DNA of 46,163 nt from a virus (Duplodnaviria; Caudoviricetes). The position numbers were made by a program, and so were the translations under genes. Of this stretch, positions 1 through 9,113 are shown one piece after another. The notes beneath the pieces are model-generated. The model saw nothing but the letters and a program-made list of their open reading frames with translations. It did no database searches and was not told the DNA's origin. The first letter of the stretch is position 1. Each line of letters starts with the position of its first letter. The stretch spans positions 1 to 46,163 of IMG/VR virus record IMGVR_UViG_3300017716_001567. One strand, written 5' to 3'.

Positions 1-123
1 CACCACGGTGGGTATGGACTTCGCACAGGGCATCACGGCAGCGCATGAGTACCAGGCGTATGGCTTTGTGCCGGCTAAGTACGAGCTACCGATTGTGCGG
101 GGGTTCTTCCAGAATCCGAGAAG
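1..123. repeat. Exact 123-bp direct repeat of window end (circular assembly overlap)
   Basis: 1-123 is identical to 46041-46163, and the reading frame continues across the join. Confidence 0.97.
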
Positions 124-463
124 GCAGGGTCAGGAAGTATATCAATTCTACAAGTACATGGAAGACATAGAACCTGCGGCTCTCACATCGAAGCACCTGA
201 GCGAACCAGGTAACCTCGTGAAGAACTCGCAGGCCTATATCAACTACTACAAAGAGAACGCAGCGAAGATTAATCTCATTGATACCTTCACGGAAGCTCG
301 GAAGGATATCGGTGAATACCGCAGGGCCTTGGAGGACATGGATAAGATGAAGGCTATCGTCTCGCAGTCAACGATTGAGTCTGTTAAGAAGCAGTATCTC
401 ATGTTGATTGAGGAAAGAGCACGATCGGCTAATCTAGTCGCCAAGGCCATGGGGATGGAGTGA
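1..463 (+). CDS. C-terminal end of the giant virion protein starting at 40888 (wraps the circular join)
   Basis: ORF 8..463 is in frame with the open frame from 40888 (position 8 = 46048). Confidence 0.9.
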   Translation, partial: TTVGMDFAQGITAAHEYQAYGFVPAKYELPIVRGFFQNPRRQGQEVYQFYKYMEDIEPAALTSKHLSEPGNLVKNSQAYINYYKENAAKINLIDTFTEARKDIGEYRRALEDMDKMKAIVSQSTIESVKKQYLMLIEERARSANLVAKAMGME

Positions 464-468
464 TACAA

Positions 469-1635
469 TTATGTATCGCTTTCGGCTAGAATCTTAGCTG
501 AATAGATACGATGGTTACGGATCTCAATACGCTTCGCGGCTAGGAGCGTATTGATGATCTCATCCAACTCCTCAATCCGCAAGTTGTAACCGAACTTGAT
601 GATGAGTTCCGATCGTGTGGTGCCTTCGCGCCGCATGAGCATGTCACCGAGAACTTGCTCCATGTCGTTCTGTAGGGGATTCCGTCCCATCCCTGCGAAC
701 GCTTGGGGCATTTTCTTTTCTACTTCCTCCAGCGTCATGATGGCTTCGTCGAAGTGCTGACGAGTGATAGTCATCTGGTCGGAGTACTGCGCACACATAA
801 TCATGGCGAGCTTGATCGCATGGATGTGCTTGCGTTCGTAGTACGAGGCCATACGGGGGTCAGCAGAGCGACCACTACCGGACAAGTGTTCCGGATACCA
901 CTCGTTGTTGTAGTATCTGAACGTATCGTCATCCATCTTCATCTCACCAGACATATTAGCAATGGCGGTGAGATCAGCGATGAGTGCATCCTTCATGGCG
1001 ATCTGTGTGGGAGTCAGGCGCTGGATGGCAGGACGGATACGGGGTTCAGACTCGAACACATAGACGATACGTGAGTTGAGTCCCGTGCCGATTGTATCTA
1101 GCGGGAGACCTTTGGATAGCCAGTCGGGGGTGGTGCCGGCTTGGAGGTTAAGCCAAGCGTTCTTGATTTCCTGTGTGCCGCCACCCTTGGTACGGTGGGT
1201 CCAGATGTTCGGGGAGTCGAAGATGTCCGTGAGGAACATCACCATGTCCATTGCGCTAGTGGCAACGAATGATGCGAACTCCGAGGACTGAACGGTGAGA
1301 GACGAATGTCCATCCACGTTGGTCTGGGAGAGGTCAGTGATCAGTCGTTCACGGGAAGTGCTATCCACCGAGTACGTTACACCAGGTACCACCTGTCCAA
1401 TCGACCTACCGATACGCATGGCAGTGGACTTCTTACATCTCCCAGGAGGACTCACGAGTACAATGAACATGTTAGGGAACACTTCAAAGTACGCGTGATC
1501 GAACCACACCTTGCGGCGTAGCGCAGCGGCGATCGTACTGATGCCAGTCCACAAGTGGAATGACTCGGGGGATTCTTGTGAGTCGGTGAAGGCGAGATAT
1601 CCGCGGAGCCATCCAGCTTTAATGATTCGGCTCAT
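469..1635 (-). CDS. DUF3987/YfjI-like P-loop NTPase, putative replicative helicase
   Basis: Walker A-like VLVSPPGRCKKST, helical C-terminus; ATGA overlap with the polymerase stop favours start 1635. Confidence 0.7.
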   Translation of the reverse strand: MSRIIKAGWLRGYLAFTDSQESPESFHLWTGISTIAAALRRKVWFDHAYFEVFPNMFIVLVSPPGRCKKSTAMRIGRSIGQVVPGVTYSVDSTSRERLITDLSQTNVDGHSSLTVQSSEFASFVATSAMDMVMFLTDIFDSPNIWTHRTKGGGTQEIKNAWLNLQAGTTPDWLSKGLPLDTIGTGLNSRIVYVFESEPRIRPAIQRLTPTQIAMKDALIADLTAIANMSGEMKMDDDTFRYYNNEWYPEHLSGSGRSADPRMASYYERKHIHAIKLAMIMCAQYSDQMTITRQHFDEAIMTLEEVEKKMPQAFAGMGRNPLQNDMEQVLGDMLMRREGTTRSELIIKFGYNLRIEELDEIINTLLAAKRIEIRNHRIYSAKILAESDT

Positions 1636-4115
1636 GCAGCATTCTCCTTCTTCCACTTCTCGTAGTCGATCAGCCCGCGAGGGTTGCTCCCGTCTTTCCC
1701 ACGATGACCCCAGTTGTATCCCACCTGCACATCCGTGGGGATGTAGAAGGTATGATCGCCGATAGTCATAGGAATCTTCATGGCTTCTTCAATCGCCACG
1801 ATGGATTCAGGGATACGGTCGATGCGGACTTGACTCACGAGCGCATCGTGTACGTTGACGAGGACTTCCCCACCCAGCGGTTCGAGTAACTTATCCGCAC
1901 GAATCCATGCCTGGCCACACAGCACACCGACGGCGGACTGAGGGACGTGGGCATACGCTTCATTCAAGGCTTTCTGATTATCCATCCGACCGTAGAACGT
2001 CCGGCTCCAGCCGAAGGGATTGCGGAGAGTCTTGGTTGCGTTCAACTGTGCCCGCACACCAGCCCAGAAGGTATCCTTGAGCTCAGGGTAGATCATGAAG
2101 TAAGCTTGGAGAAGGAACTCCGCCATCTTCATGTCGATACGGATGCCCGTGGTTTCCGCATCTTGATTCACGATCTGCACGAGGCGATCCGGTCCCATGC
2201 CGTAGTTCGATGCGTGGACTACACGCTTGGCAAGGTACCGCTCCTCCGGTGTGACATCTCCACCATTGGCGACTAGCTTCGGAATCTTCTTGTTGAAGAT
2301 CCGTGCTGCGTTCTCGCAGTGGATGTCGCGAGTCGGATCGGTGAAGAGTTCAATCAGCCCCTTACAATCTGCAAGATACGCCACCACGCGAGCTTCAGCT
2401 TGTGAGTAGTCGCTGTATACCATGACGTAGCCTTCATCCGCCAGGTACATTTGCCGGAGTTCTTCCGGTTGGTTTTGGAGGTTGGTTCCGCTTCCGCTAA
2501 GCGAAGCGCGATAAGCGAGTCGCGAGGTGCGGGTTCCAGTAATGTCCACGCTTGATCGCATTCTGTTGTCCGCGTCGAGCTTGACATTAAGATACCGTTC
2601 AATGAGATCTCGCCGTTCGCGGATCTTGAGGATGGTAAGGAGGGCCGGATTGTTGTGTTTGGCAGCGAGGAGATTAAGGGCGTCCTTATCTGCCGATACA
2701 GTTTTCTCATACGTGCCATCTGCTTTCTTCCGTTTGGAGTATTGTTTGGGGAGCTTGAGCTTCTCATACAACAAGTGCTGAACTTCAGGGGAGGACTTCA
2801 CATTGATAGGTCCACCCGCGAAGATATCCAGCACAGCTTGAAGGCGGGAGATTTGCAGTTCGTAGTCTGCCTTCATCTCCTCCCGACGCTTCAGATCCAC
2901 ACGGAGGCCGCGCCGTGTCGCTTTGAGAACAGGATGCACCAAGCCCATTTCGTGAGCGAAGTGGAACTCCCCGCCAGGGTGAGACTTGAGTTCACCAATC
3001 TGGACTTCTTGAATCTCCTTCGTCACGCAGCAGTCGAGTGCGTTGTAACGGTAGAACATAAGCCGATCACCGTCGATCTTCCACAACTTACCGTCATCTT
3101 TATAGAACGGCTCATTGGTGTAGATGGAAGTCTGAAAGGCTAGTCCCTTCGCAAAGGCAGACTGGCGCTTCTTACCAGTGAGCTTCGCAATCTCATCACC
3201 ACCACTTGCAGCTTCCGCAAACAGCGTGTGATGTGCGAGCATGGTATCGTAGGTGAAGTTCTCACAGATGATCCCACGTTCACGTAGCACAGTGTAATCA
3301 AACGATCCGTTATGCATGACCTTCGGGATAGCATGCTCACATGCACGCTTGATGCGCGTCATGTTGGAGCCGCTATCCGCCGTGAGTACAAGTGCACGAT
3401 CTGGGCGATCAGCAAAGCCCACACACGTGAGTTCCCAGTTCCCCACTGCGTTCTGGTGGCACTCGATGTCCACACTCAAGTATGGTGCGGTGAGCATCTC
3501 GGCGAGTATGCTATCCACATCGTAGGATTCTTGAGTGTTCACCCACTCGGTTCCGACCCGTCTGGTTACGTTCCCACCAGGGAGATAGAACGTACGGATA
3601 GGGTACACAATGTGAGGGAATGCAGACTGCACACGAGCCTTGCGGAGGTCGAACTCCGTGATGGCTTTGTAGTCATACATCTTCATCACATAGCTAGGAT
3701 GATAAGTACCGATGGTCTTACTCCCAGGGATGAGCACACCAGGAAGGATGGACCCACGGTACTTATCAATCCCAACCTTACCCGTGAGGACTTTGAGCAC
3801 ATGCGATCCGAGTGCGATCACCACATTCGGCTTGTACATCTGCACATCTTGCTTAAGCTGAATCATCCCAGCCATTAGCTGTGGGATGTTGTCCTTCTTG
3901 TAGAAATGAAGGAAGTCATTCTTCGGTGCGGGGACATGAGTTACATTCGTGAAGAAGCAATCACGCTTGAGGATCCCCGCACGTAGCAGCATCTTATCCA
4001 ACAACACTCCAGCACCCCCAGTGAAGGGGGTACGGGAGTTCACATCGCCTTCAGTCGGGCACTCCCCCACTATCATGATCTTGGGAGTCTTGCTGCCCGC
4101 TTGTATAAGTTTCAT
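1632..4115 (-). CDS. polA: Family A DNA polymerase with N-terminal uracil-DNA-glycosylase-like domain and 3'-5' exonuclease
   Basis: UDG-like IVGECP..PFTGGAG..TNV..TYHPSY; Exo I/II/III SVDIE, HNGSFD, YNALD; motif A DYSQAEAR, motif B RYLAKRVVHASNYG, motif C VHDA. Confidence 0.93.
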   Translation of the reverse strand: MKLIQAGSKTPKIMIVGECPTEGDVNSRTPFTGGAGVLLDKMLLRAGILKRDCFFTNVTHVPAPKNDFLHFYKKDNIPQLMAGMIQLKQDVQMYKPNVVIALGSHVLKVLTGKVGIDKYRGSILPGVLIPGSKTIGTYHPSYVMKMYDYKAITEFDLRKARVQSAFPHIVYPIRTFYLPGGNVTRRVGTEWVNTQESYDVDSILAEMLTAPYLSVDIECHQNAVGNWELTCVGFADRPDRALVLTADSGSNMTRIKRACEHAIPKVMHNGSFDYTVLRERGIICENFTYDTMLAHHTLFAEAASGGDEIAKLTGKKRQSAFAKGLAFQTSIYTNEPFYKDDGKLWKIDGDRLMFYRYNALDCCVTKEIQEVQIGELKSHPGGEFHFAHEMGLVHPVLKATRRGLRVDLKRREEMKADYELQISRLQAVLDIFAGGPINVKSSPEVQHLLYEKLKLPKQYSKRKKADGTYEKTVSADKDALNLLAAKHNNPALLTILKIRERRDLIERYLNVKLDADNRMRSSVDITGTRTSRLAYRASLSGSGTNLQNQPEELRQMYLADEGYVMVYSDYSQAEARVVAYLADCKGLIELFTDPTRDIHCENAARIFNKKIPKLVANGGDVTPEERYLAKRVVHASNYGMGPDRLVQIVNQDAETTGIRIDMKMAEFLLQAYFMIYPELKDTFWAGVRAQLNATKTLRNPFGWSRTFYGRMDNQKALNEAYAHVPQSAVGVLCGQAWIRADKLLEPLGGEVLVNVHDALVSQVRIDRIPESIVAIEEAMKIPMTIGDHTFYIPTDVQVGYNWGHRGKDGSNPRGLIDYEKWKKENAA

Positions 4116-4341
4116 CTGGATTCCCGCCGTTGAGGATCACGAAGGCTTTGGTGAGGATGCGTACAATCGTGTTAGCCGAAGCGATGTCTTGGATGACCCG
4201 CATTTTAGCCGCGCTTTCATCCGTACCATACAGCGAGTCGACTATCACGTTACCAGGGAGACCTTCGTTGATGGCAGCGATAAGCGCCGTCAAACGAGAG
4301 AAAGATTCTGTGCGGAGTTGCTCGCCAAGTTCACTCATCAT
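4051..4341 (-). CDS. Hypothetical protein
   Basis: ATGA-coupled to the upstream MTase; overlaps the polymerase start. Confidence 0.6.
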   Translation of the reverse strand: MMSELGEQLRTESFSRLTALIAAINEGLPGNVIVDSLYGTDESAAKMRVIQDIASANTIVRILTKAFVILNGGNPDETYTSGQQDSQDHDSGGVPD

Positions 4342-5576
4342 GACCTCGTGTTGGCAGCGATCTTGTTGATGGCATAAGCACGACGAGTCGGATCAAGTTC
4401 CACTCCGATGTACTTACGTCCAGTGCTTGCGGCAGCAGCAGGGCAACTACCCGACCCCACGAAGAAGTCCGCCACGACCTGGTTGGGAAGTGTAAGACGA
4501 CGGATGAGTTCGGCGTAGAGTTCGATAGGGCGCTCAACCAGCGTTTCACGCTCTTCATTTCCGACAGGTGGGATACGAAGAATGTTAGGCTTCGACTTCT
4601 GCACCATAACTGGATTACCCTTGAACGCATGAAGCGCCACATCGTACCCACGGGTAAAGTAGCGGTCAGGTCGGTTGGTGAAAGTCCGTCCATCGGTTCG
4701 GTCCCAGATGATAGGAAGGTCATCGACAGTGAAGCCCGCATCACGGAAGGCCTGGCGAACTTCGGGATACCAAGTCATACCGAAGAACCACACGCAGAAG
4801 CTATCGGGCTTCAGCACACGGTACAGATCGGGGACCATGCTCAAGATTCGTCGGTATGACTCGGGAGAGTCTTCGTACGCAGATGCAGTTCCAACCGAGC
4901 CGAGCACCCTGGTGTCATAAGCCACACCAAAAGGAGGATCTGTAATGATGCAATCAACAGATTCGTCCTCAAAATGTTTGATGACTTCAACGCTATCACC
5001 CAGGAAGATACGGTCCTCGATAGCGACTTTAGCATCAGACTTTACCTCGGTCTCAGCGTCAACCATCCGGCCCACGAGTTGAGCCTTCCGCACAGCCATG
5101 TTCATAGCTTGAGACATGTTCTTTGCGGAACTGATCTCGGGGAATAGTTCCATCATCTTGGTGAGCTTAATCGCATCGCTCACGTCAGCACGACGACTCG
5201 CACCCACGACTGCGGCAGTTTGCTGCTGGCCCCAGTTCGGATCAGCGACACGCTTGAGTCGGTCGATTTCGGAGATGGCCTTGGCACGTTCCTGCCAGGA
5301 CATATCCTTCCGGCGGATGTTTGTCTCGAGTTCAATCTCGCGTGCGAAAGTCTCCGACACATCGGACTTCAGCATACCCCCGATGTGAGTCCACCCAAGT
5401 GCACGAGCGGCGCTCAGTCGGTGCATACCGTCAAGCAACTCCATCGTATCGTCTACGATGATGTCTTGGAGCTGACCGAATCGCAGGAGCGAATCACACA
5501 GCTCATTCAGCGTCGAGTCATCAACTTCACGGAAGCGCTCACGTGAAACTTTGATATCTGTTATGAGTAATTGCAT
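4338..5576 (-). CDS. ParB-N domain fused to beta-class N6A/N4C DNA methyltransferase
   Basis: ParB box LLDGMHRLSA and ELETNIRRKDM; catalytic DPPF precedes SAM-binding DFFVGSGS. Confidence 0.88.
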   Translation of the reverse strand: MQLLITDIKVSRERFREVDDSTLNELCDSLLRFGQLQDIIVDDTMELLDGMHRLSAARALGWTHIGGMLKSDVSETFAREIELETNIRRKDMSWQERAKAISEIDRLKRVADPNWGQQQTAAVVGASRRADVSDAIKLTKMMELFPEISSAKNMSQAMNMAVRKAQLVGRMVDAETEVKSDAKVAIEDRIFLGDSVEVIKHFEDESVDCIITDPPFGVAYDTRVLGSVGTASAYEDSPESYRRILSMVPDLYRVLKPDSFCVWFFGMTWYPEVRQAFRDAGFTVDDLPIIWDRTDGRTFTNRPDRYFTRGYDVALHAFKGNPVMVQKSKPNILRIPPVGNEERETLVERPIELYAELIRRLTLPNQVVADFFVGSGSCPAAAASTGRKYIGVELDPTRRAYAINKIAANTRS

Positions 5577-5593
5577 CGCGCTTGGGTACAAGA

Positions 5594-5637
5594 ATGGGGT
5601 GAATAGCGGTACGGAATTGTACCACTACCCACCCCAT
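5594..5637 (-). terminator. 19-bp RNA hairpin (terminator or processing site)
   Basis: AUGGGGUGGGUAGUGGUAC-AAUUCC-GUACCGCUAUUCACCCCAU is fully paired with G-U only on the minus strand; followed by UCUUGU. Confidence 0.6.
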
Positions 5638-5645
5638 GCGGTTGA

Positions 5646-6029
5646 TTAGGCCTTCAGGTACTTCGCGATCTTGTCGGAAGGCTCACCGTTGTACACGTCG
5701 GCTTCCACGACGATGTGGTAGGTGGCACCGAGGAACAGGTCCGTGTCGATGGGGTAGGACTTGCCGGCCTTGAGGGCATCGGCTGCTTCGTCCATACCAA
5801 CTGCACGGAGGAAGTTCTCGAACTTGAACGCCGCCTTGCCAGACGTCACGATCCAGTCTTTCTTCTTCCGGTTCACGCCGTTGTAGTCCACGGCGGACTC
5901 CACTACAACCATCGGGTTACCGGACTTCGACGTAGCGGTCTCGATGGTGAGGCATGACGCGGCGTAGGTGCCAGCGTTCATGGGTCCCATCGACTCAACT
6001 TCGGTCAGGTCAGGCTCGATAATGGGCAT
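5646..6029 (-). CDS. DUF669-like single-stranded DNA-binding protein
   Basis: GTY..SKSGNPM pattern, size and position next to the Sak4-like gene. Confidence 0.7.
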   Translation of the reverse strand: MPIIEPDLTEVESMGPMNAGTYAASCLTIETATSKSGNPMVVVESAVDYNGVNRKKKDWIVTSGKAAFKFENFLRAVGMDEAADALKAGKSYPIDTDLFLGATYHIVVEADVYNGEPSDKIAKYLKA

Positions 6030-6030
6030 G

Positions 6031-6906
6031 CTATGATACCTTGGTGGTGAGTTTGTTTGCAGCCAGAGTGACTGCGACTGCTGCTTGGATCGCTTTGTAG
6101 TTCCAAGCCGTTCCGTTCGGGATGTTCAGTGCACGAGTGCCTACAAGTCTGATACCATCAGCTTGTGTTGTGAGCTTACGCGTTACATTGATCCCCTCCT
6201 TGATTGCCCGCAGGTTGTAGACTTCATCAAACTTGAGCGGAATACGCTCGGTGGACTGACCAGTGAACAGTGGAACAATATCAACTACGGATGAGCCGTC
6301 TTCGCTGTAGTTGGTCTTCTCATGCGCGAGGACGATGACGTTCTTGTTCGCGTCCAGAAGCATAGCAACGAACTGCTCCGTCATGCTACGCTCGGCTCCG
6401 AAGTCTTGCTGCTTGAGCGTAACGAGACCAGTGGCAAGTGCGGACTTGTGGGTTTGGGATAGTGACTTCCCAGTCCCAGATCCCAGCACGATGATGCCCT
6501 TACGGGTAGCAGCTTCGGCAAGCGTTGTACCGGAGTCGAGTACCCAGGTGTCGAACATATCTGGGTGGACATCGTACGTCTTACCATTGCTAGTGCTGGT
6601 CCACTTCGCACCACCAGGCTTCATGCACGCATCGAAGTATCGGCAAGCATCGTCGAAGGAGTTGGCAGTTACATGTACGCCCTTCTGCAGCGCACCACGC
6701 TCGGGGAACTGCTCATACATGACGTGGGAGTTATCGCCGTACTCACTCCGCCACCAAGGGGAGAGCATAGTACCGACACCCTTGTCGAAGTCGATCACAT
6801 TCGGACGGGGGAAGGTGCCAGCACCCGCAGTCTTGCCGACTTTACTCCGACCGTACACGAGCATCTTGAGCTTAGTGTCGATGGAGAGCTCTTGAATGGG
6901 AGGCAT
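6031..6906 (-). CDS. Sak4-like AAA_24 ATPase / ssDNA annealing protein
   Basis: KMLVYGRSKVGKT Walker A, IDFDKG, VLDSGT, VLAHEK. Confidence 0.8.
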   Translation of the reverse strand: MPPIQELSIDTKLKMLVYGRSKVGKTAGAGTFPRPNVIDFDKGVGTMLSPWWRSEYGDNSHVMYEQFPERGALQKGVHVTANSFDDACRYFDACMKPGGAKWTSTSNGKTYDVHPDMFDTWVLDSGTTLAEAATRKGIIVLGSGTGKSLSQTHKSALATGLVTLKQQDFGAERSMTEQFVAMLLDANKNVIVLAHEKTNYSEDGSSVVDIVPLFTGQSTERIPLKFDEVYNLRAIKEGINVTRKLTTQADGIRLVGTRALNIPNGTAWNYKAIQAAVAVTLAANKLTTKVS

Positions 6907-7283
6907 CAGAGGATGTCCTGCCCTTCAAGCACAGTCTTTGCGACTTCCAGAAACTTCCCGTAGTCGTATGATGCGTACTCGGAAGACTGGCCTTGCTCGA
7001 GCGCCCACGCGATCTTATCCAACTCACGCGCGGTGTCGAAGCAGTCATTCTTCCGGAGGCGGATCAGATCGTTACGAGTGATCTTGAGCCGCTGAATCAC
7101 AGCAATGGGGGAGAGATCACCCAGCACTGCGACTACCTGATCCACCCAGACTTCATCGGTGGAACCTTCGGATTCATCCAGATCCCGTCCGGCGTTCTCA
7201 CGGACAGTCTCAGCGATCAGTCGAGCTTCAACCTCGTTGTCGGCATCATACGAAGCCACAACGGTTGCGTAGTACGTTGCCAC
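6906..7283 (-). CDS. Hypothetical protein
   Basis: Translationally coupled on both sides. Confidence 0.75.
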   Translation of the reverse strand: MATYYATVVASYDADNEVEARLIAETVRENAGRDLDESEGSTDEVWVDQVVAVLGDLSPIAVIQRLKITRNDLIRLRKNDCFDTARELDKIAWALEQGQSSEYASYDYGKFLEVAKTVLEGQDIL

Positions 7284-8260
7284 TAGTCATCCCCGTCGAG
7301 GAGGTTTGCGGACTTGAGAGCGGAGCCACGAGACTCGTGATTCCAGTGTTCCTTTTCGTACATCATCTCGAGGTAGCGTTCTTGCTGCGTGTTCGAGCCC
7401 ATCACGTGAACATCGCGGAACTCACAGTTACCATATAGGGTACAGGCACTTGTGAACTGGGGCCACTGCCCACTGTTGTATGCGATGCGGATAAGATTAC
7501 AAGCGTGCTGGACAGACTGCACCCAGTTCGGGAAGTCATCTTCGCTACGCACAGTCAAGTGGCGCTTGAACTTCGTGGGTGATTTCTTGTACAACCCGAT
7601 CGCGTTAATGAAAGCACCACCCACTCGACGGTTGGTGAGTTGCGATGCACCCCACAAGTAGCCAGTGATCTGGTTGTTCGGCTTGTACTGGTTGAAGTAG
7701 TAATCACCCAAACGCGTAGTCGTCTTGTGATCCATGATGTAGAACTGACCATTGAAGTCCAGCATCAAGTCGAAGATCCCACCGTACTGGATGGCATAGC
7801 CATCGTAGGTGTACAGCTGGTTCCCGTTCGCATCAAGGAGTGGGAGTGTGAAGCTGACTTCCAACATGGGGTTGGTCTTGTCGGCATCTACCACCCGCCA
7901 CAGTTCGGAGGGATACTCCCGAGTGTACTCCCCGAGGACTGAGATACACTTGGATAAGTCCCGCCAGTCATCATCAGGATGGTTGGCAGGCCAAGCTTCC
8001 TGCACGGCAATCTCCGCCGCTTCAAGCGAATGAGTGCGATACCACACCTCGATTCCCAGGTGAAGCATCTGCCCGAAGCCAAGTGCGGCGCCCTGCTTTC
8101 GGGGTTTCCACCCTTCAACAATGCGCCGCTTGAACTTCGCTGGACATGTCTGGAACATGGACAACATGTAGTTATCCACCACCAGGATTTTATCTTCCGC
8201 ACTCCCAGGGAGAGGCGGGAACAGTTTACTCTGTTCGGGTAGCACGGGTAGCGGTAGCAT
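7283..8260 (-). CDS. PD-(D/E)XK Cas4/RecB-like exonuclease
   Basis: CPAKF, FGQMLH, GIFDL..IMDHKTT, QITGY, C-terminal C-x5-C. Confidence 0.85.
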   Translation of the reverse strand: MLPLPVLPEQSKLFPPLPGSAEDKILVVDNYMLSMFQTCPAKFKRRIVEGWKPRKQGAALGFGQMLHLGIEVWYRTHSLEAAEIAVQEAWPANHPDDDWRDLSKCISVLGEYTREYPSELWRVVDADKTNPMLEVSFTLPLLDANGNQLYTYDGYAIQYGGIFDLMLDFNGQFYIMDHKTTTRLGDYYFNQYKPNNQITGYLWGASQLTNRRVGGAFINAIGLYKKSPTKFKRHLTVRSEDDFPNWVQSVQHACNLIRIAYNSGQWPQFTSACTLYGNCEFRDVHVMGSNTQQERYLEMMYEKEHWNHESRGSALKSANLLDGDD

Positions 8261-8456
8261 AGAGTGTGTCGATTTCCGCTGTGATGAGTTGCTCGACTAG
8301 GGTGAGCAACGCGATACGGGAAGCTTTGCCCTCGGGGGTGAGTGGAAGGTTATCAGTGGAGACACGTAGTCGTGTCATGGCGATGCGAGCGCGGTATAGA
8401 TCCGTGATGTCAGTGAGTTGGATCATCCGCTTGTGGAAGTTCAGATCGTGGGTCAT
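8226..8456 (-). CDS. Hypothetical protein
   Basis: ORF starting directly after the tRNA-like element. Confidence 0.55.
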   Translation of the reverse strand: MTHDLNFHKRMIQLTDITDLYRARIAMTRLRVSTDNLPLTPEGKASRIALLTLVEQLITAEIDTLYATATRATRTE

Positions 8457-8458
8457 AT

Positions 8459-8532
8459 GGGGGTAGGTGGACACTCGAAGTCCACATCCAAAAGGGTGCG
8501 ACCCTTTGCTCTGCCTCTTAAGCTACTACCCC
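8459..8532 (-). ncRNA. tRNA-like element 1 (collapsed anticodon loop, 6-bp T stem)
   Basis: GGGGUAG-UA-GCUU AAGAGGCA GAGC-A-AAGGG UCGCA CCCUU-UUGGAU-GUGGAC UUCGAGU GUCCAC-CUACCCC-C. Confidence 0.8.
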
Positions 8533-8541
8533 AACCTACTG

Positions 8542-8985
8542 TTACGAGATTGAAATGCCCAGTGCAGCCAGCGTCTCGGCGCTGATCGAACCGTTGGCGA
8601 TGCCCTCGAGGATCTTGGAAACCTGATCCCCACCGATCTTCTCCGCAGCTCCGGCAACAGCCTTCGTCGCGCGAGACTTCGGGGTGGTGCCGCTCATCCG
8701 CGAACCAGGACGGAAGGCAACCTGTGCAGCAGCGATCTCATCCGCAGACTTCTCGGCGGCCTTATACCGACGAGCGATGTTCTGGAAGGAAACTCGCAGG
8801 GACGTGCCATCGAGTACATCCATCACACCCTTGATTCCGTAGTGCACAACAGCGGCATCAAGATCGTCCCACACGAGGAGCCGCACATCACCGAGAGAAG
8901 TCGTACCACGAGCGGTCTTGACTTCTTCGAACTCGAAATGTGCGCCTTCCGGTGCAGCTACAGTCAGGGCGGTTGCTTCAGACAT
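8542..8985 (-). CDS. Unknown protein, probable paralog of 17794..18276
   Basis: GAGGT RBS, own promoter; shared H[YF]G..V...L....S[LI]RV..Q.I.R block. Confidence 0.8.
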   Translation of the reverse strand: MSEATALTVAAPEGAHFEFEEVKTARGTTSLGDVRLLVWDDLDAAVVHYGIKGVMDVLDGTSLRVSFQNIARRYKAAEKSADEIAAAQVAFRPGSRMSGTTPKSRATKAVAGAAEKIGGDQVSKILEGIANGSISAETLAALGISIS

Positions 8986-9065
8986 GCGTCTTACCTCACG
9001 AGGAGTGAATGACACGCGGGAGAGTATTCTCCCAAACCGACCCACGGATTGTGGACCGGACATAC

Positions 9066-9094
9066 AATATACGCAGAGCGGGAAGAGTTCGCAA
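9066..9094 (-). promoter_or_regulatory. sigma70-like promoter TTGCGA-N17-TATATT
   Basis: Intergenic; same architecture as 12848-12876 and 16626-16654. Confidence 0.75.
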
Positions 9095-9113
9095 TGGTTG
9101 ATTTTACCCGCTA

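Noticed and set aside
1632-4115. Modified-base genome (Z-DNA or hmU) suggested by the unusual polymerase
   Set aside because: No PurZ, dATPase, dUMP hydroxymethylase or similar genes recognised
4338-5576. Plasmid-prophage partition system
   Set aside because: The ParB domain is fused to an MTase, and no ParA, integrase or clear repressor/immunity module was seen
7283-8260. CRISPR-Cas system suggested by the Cas4-like nuclease
   Set aside because: No repeat-spacer array or other cas genes; the context is a Sak4/SSB recombination module
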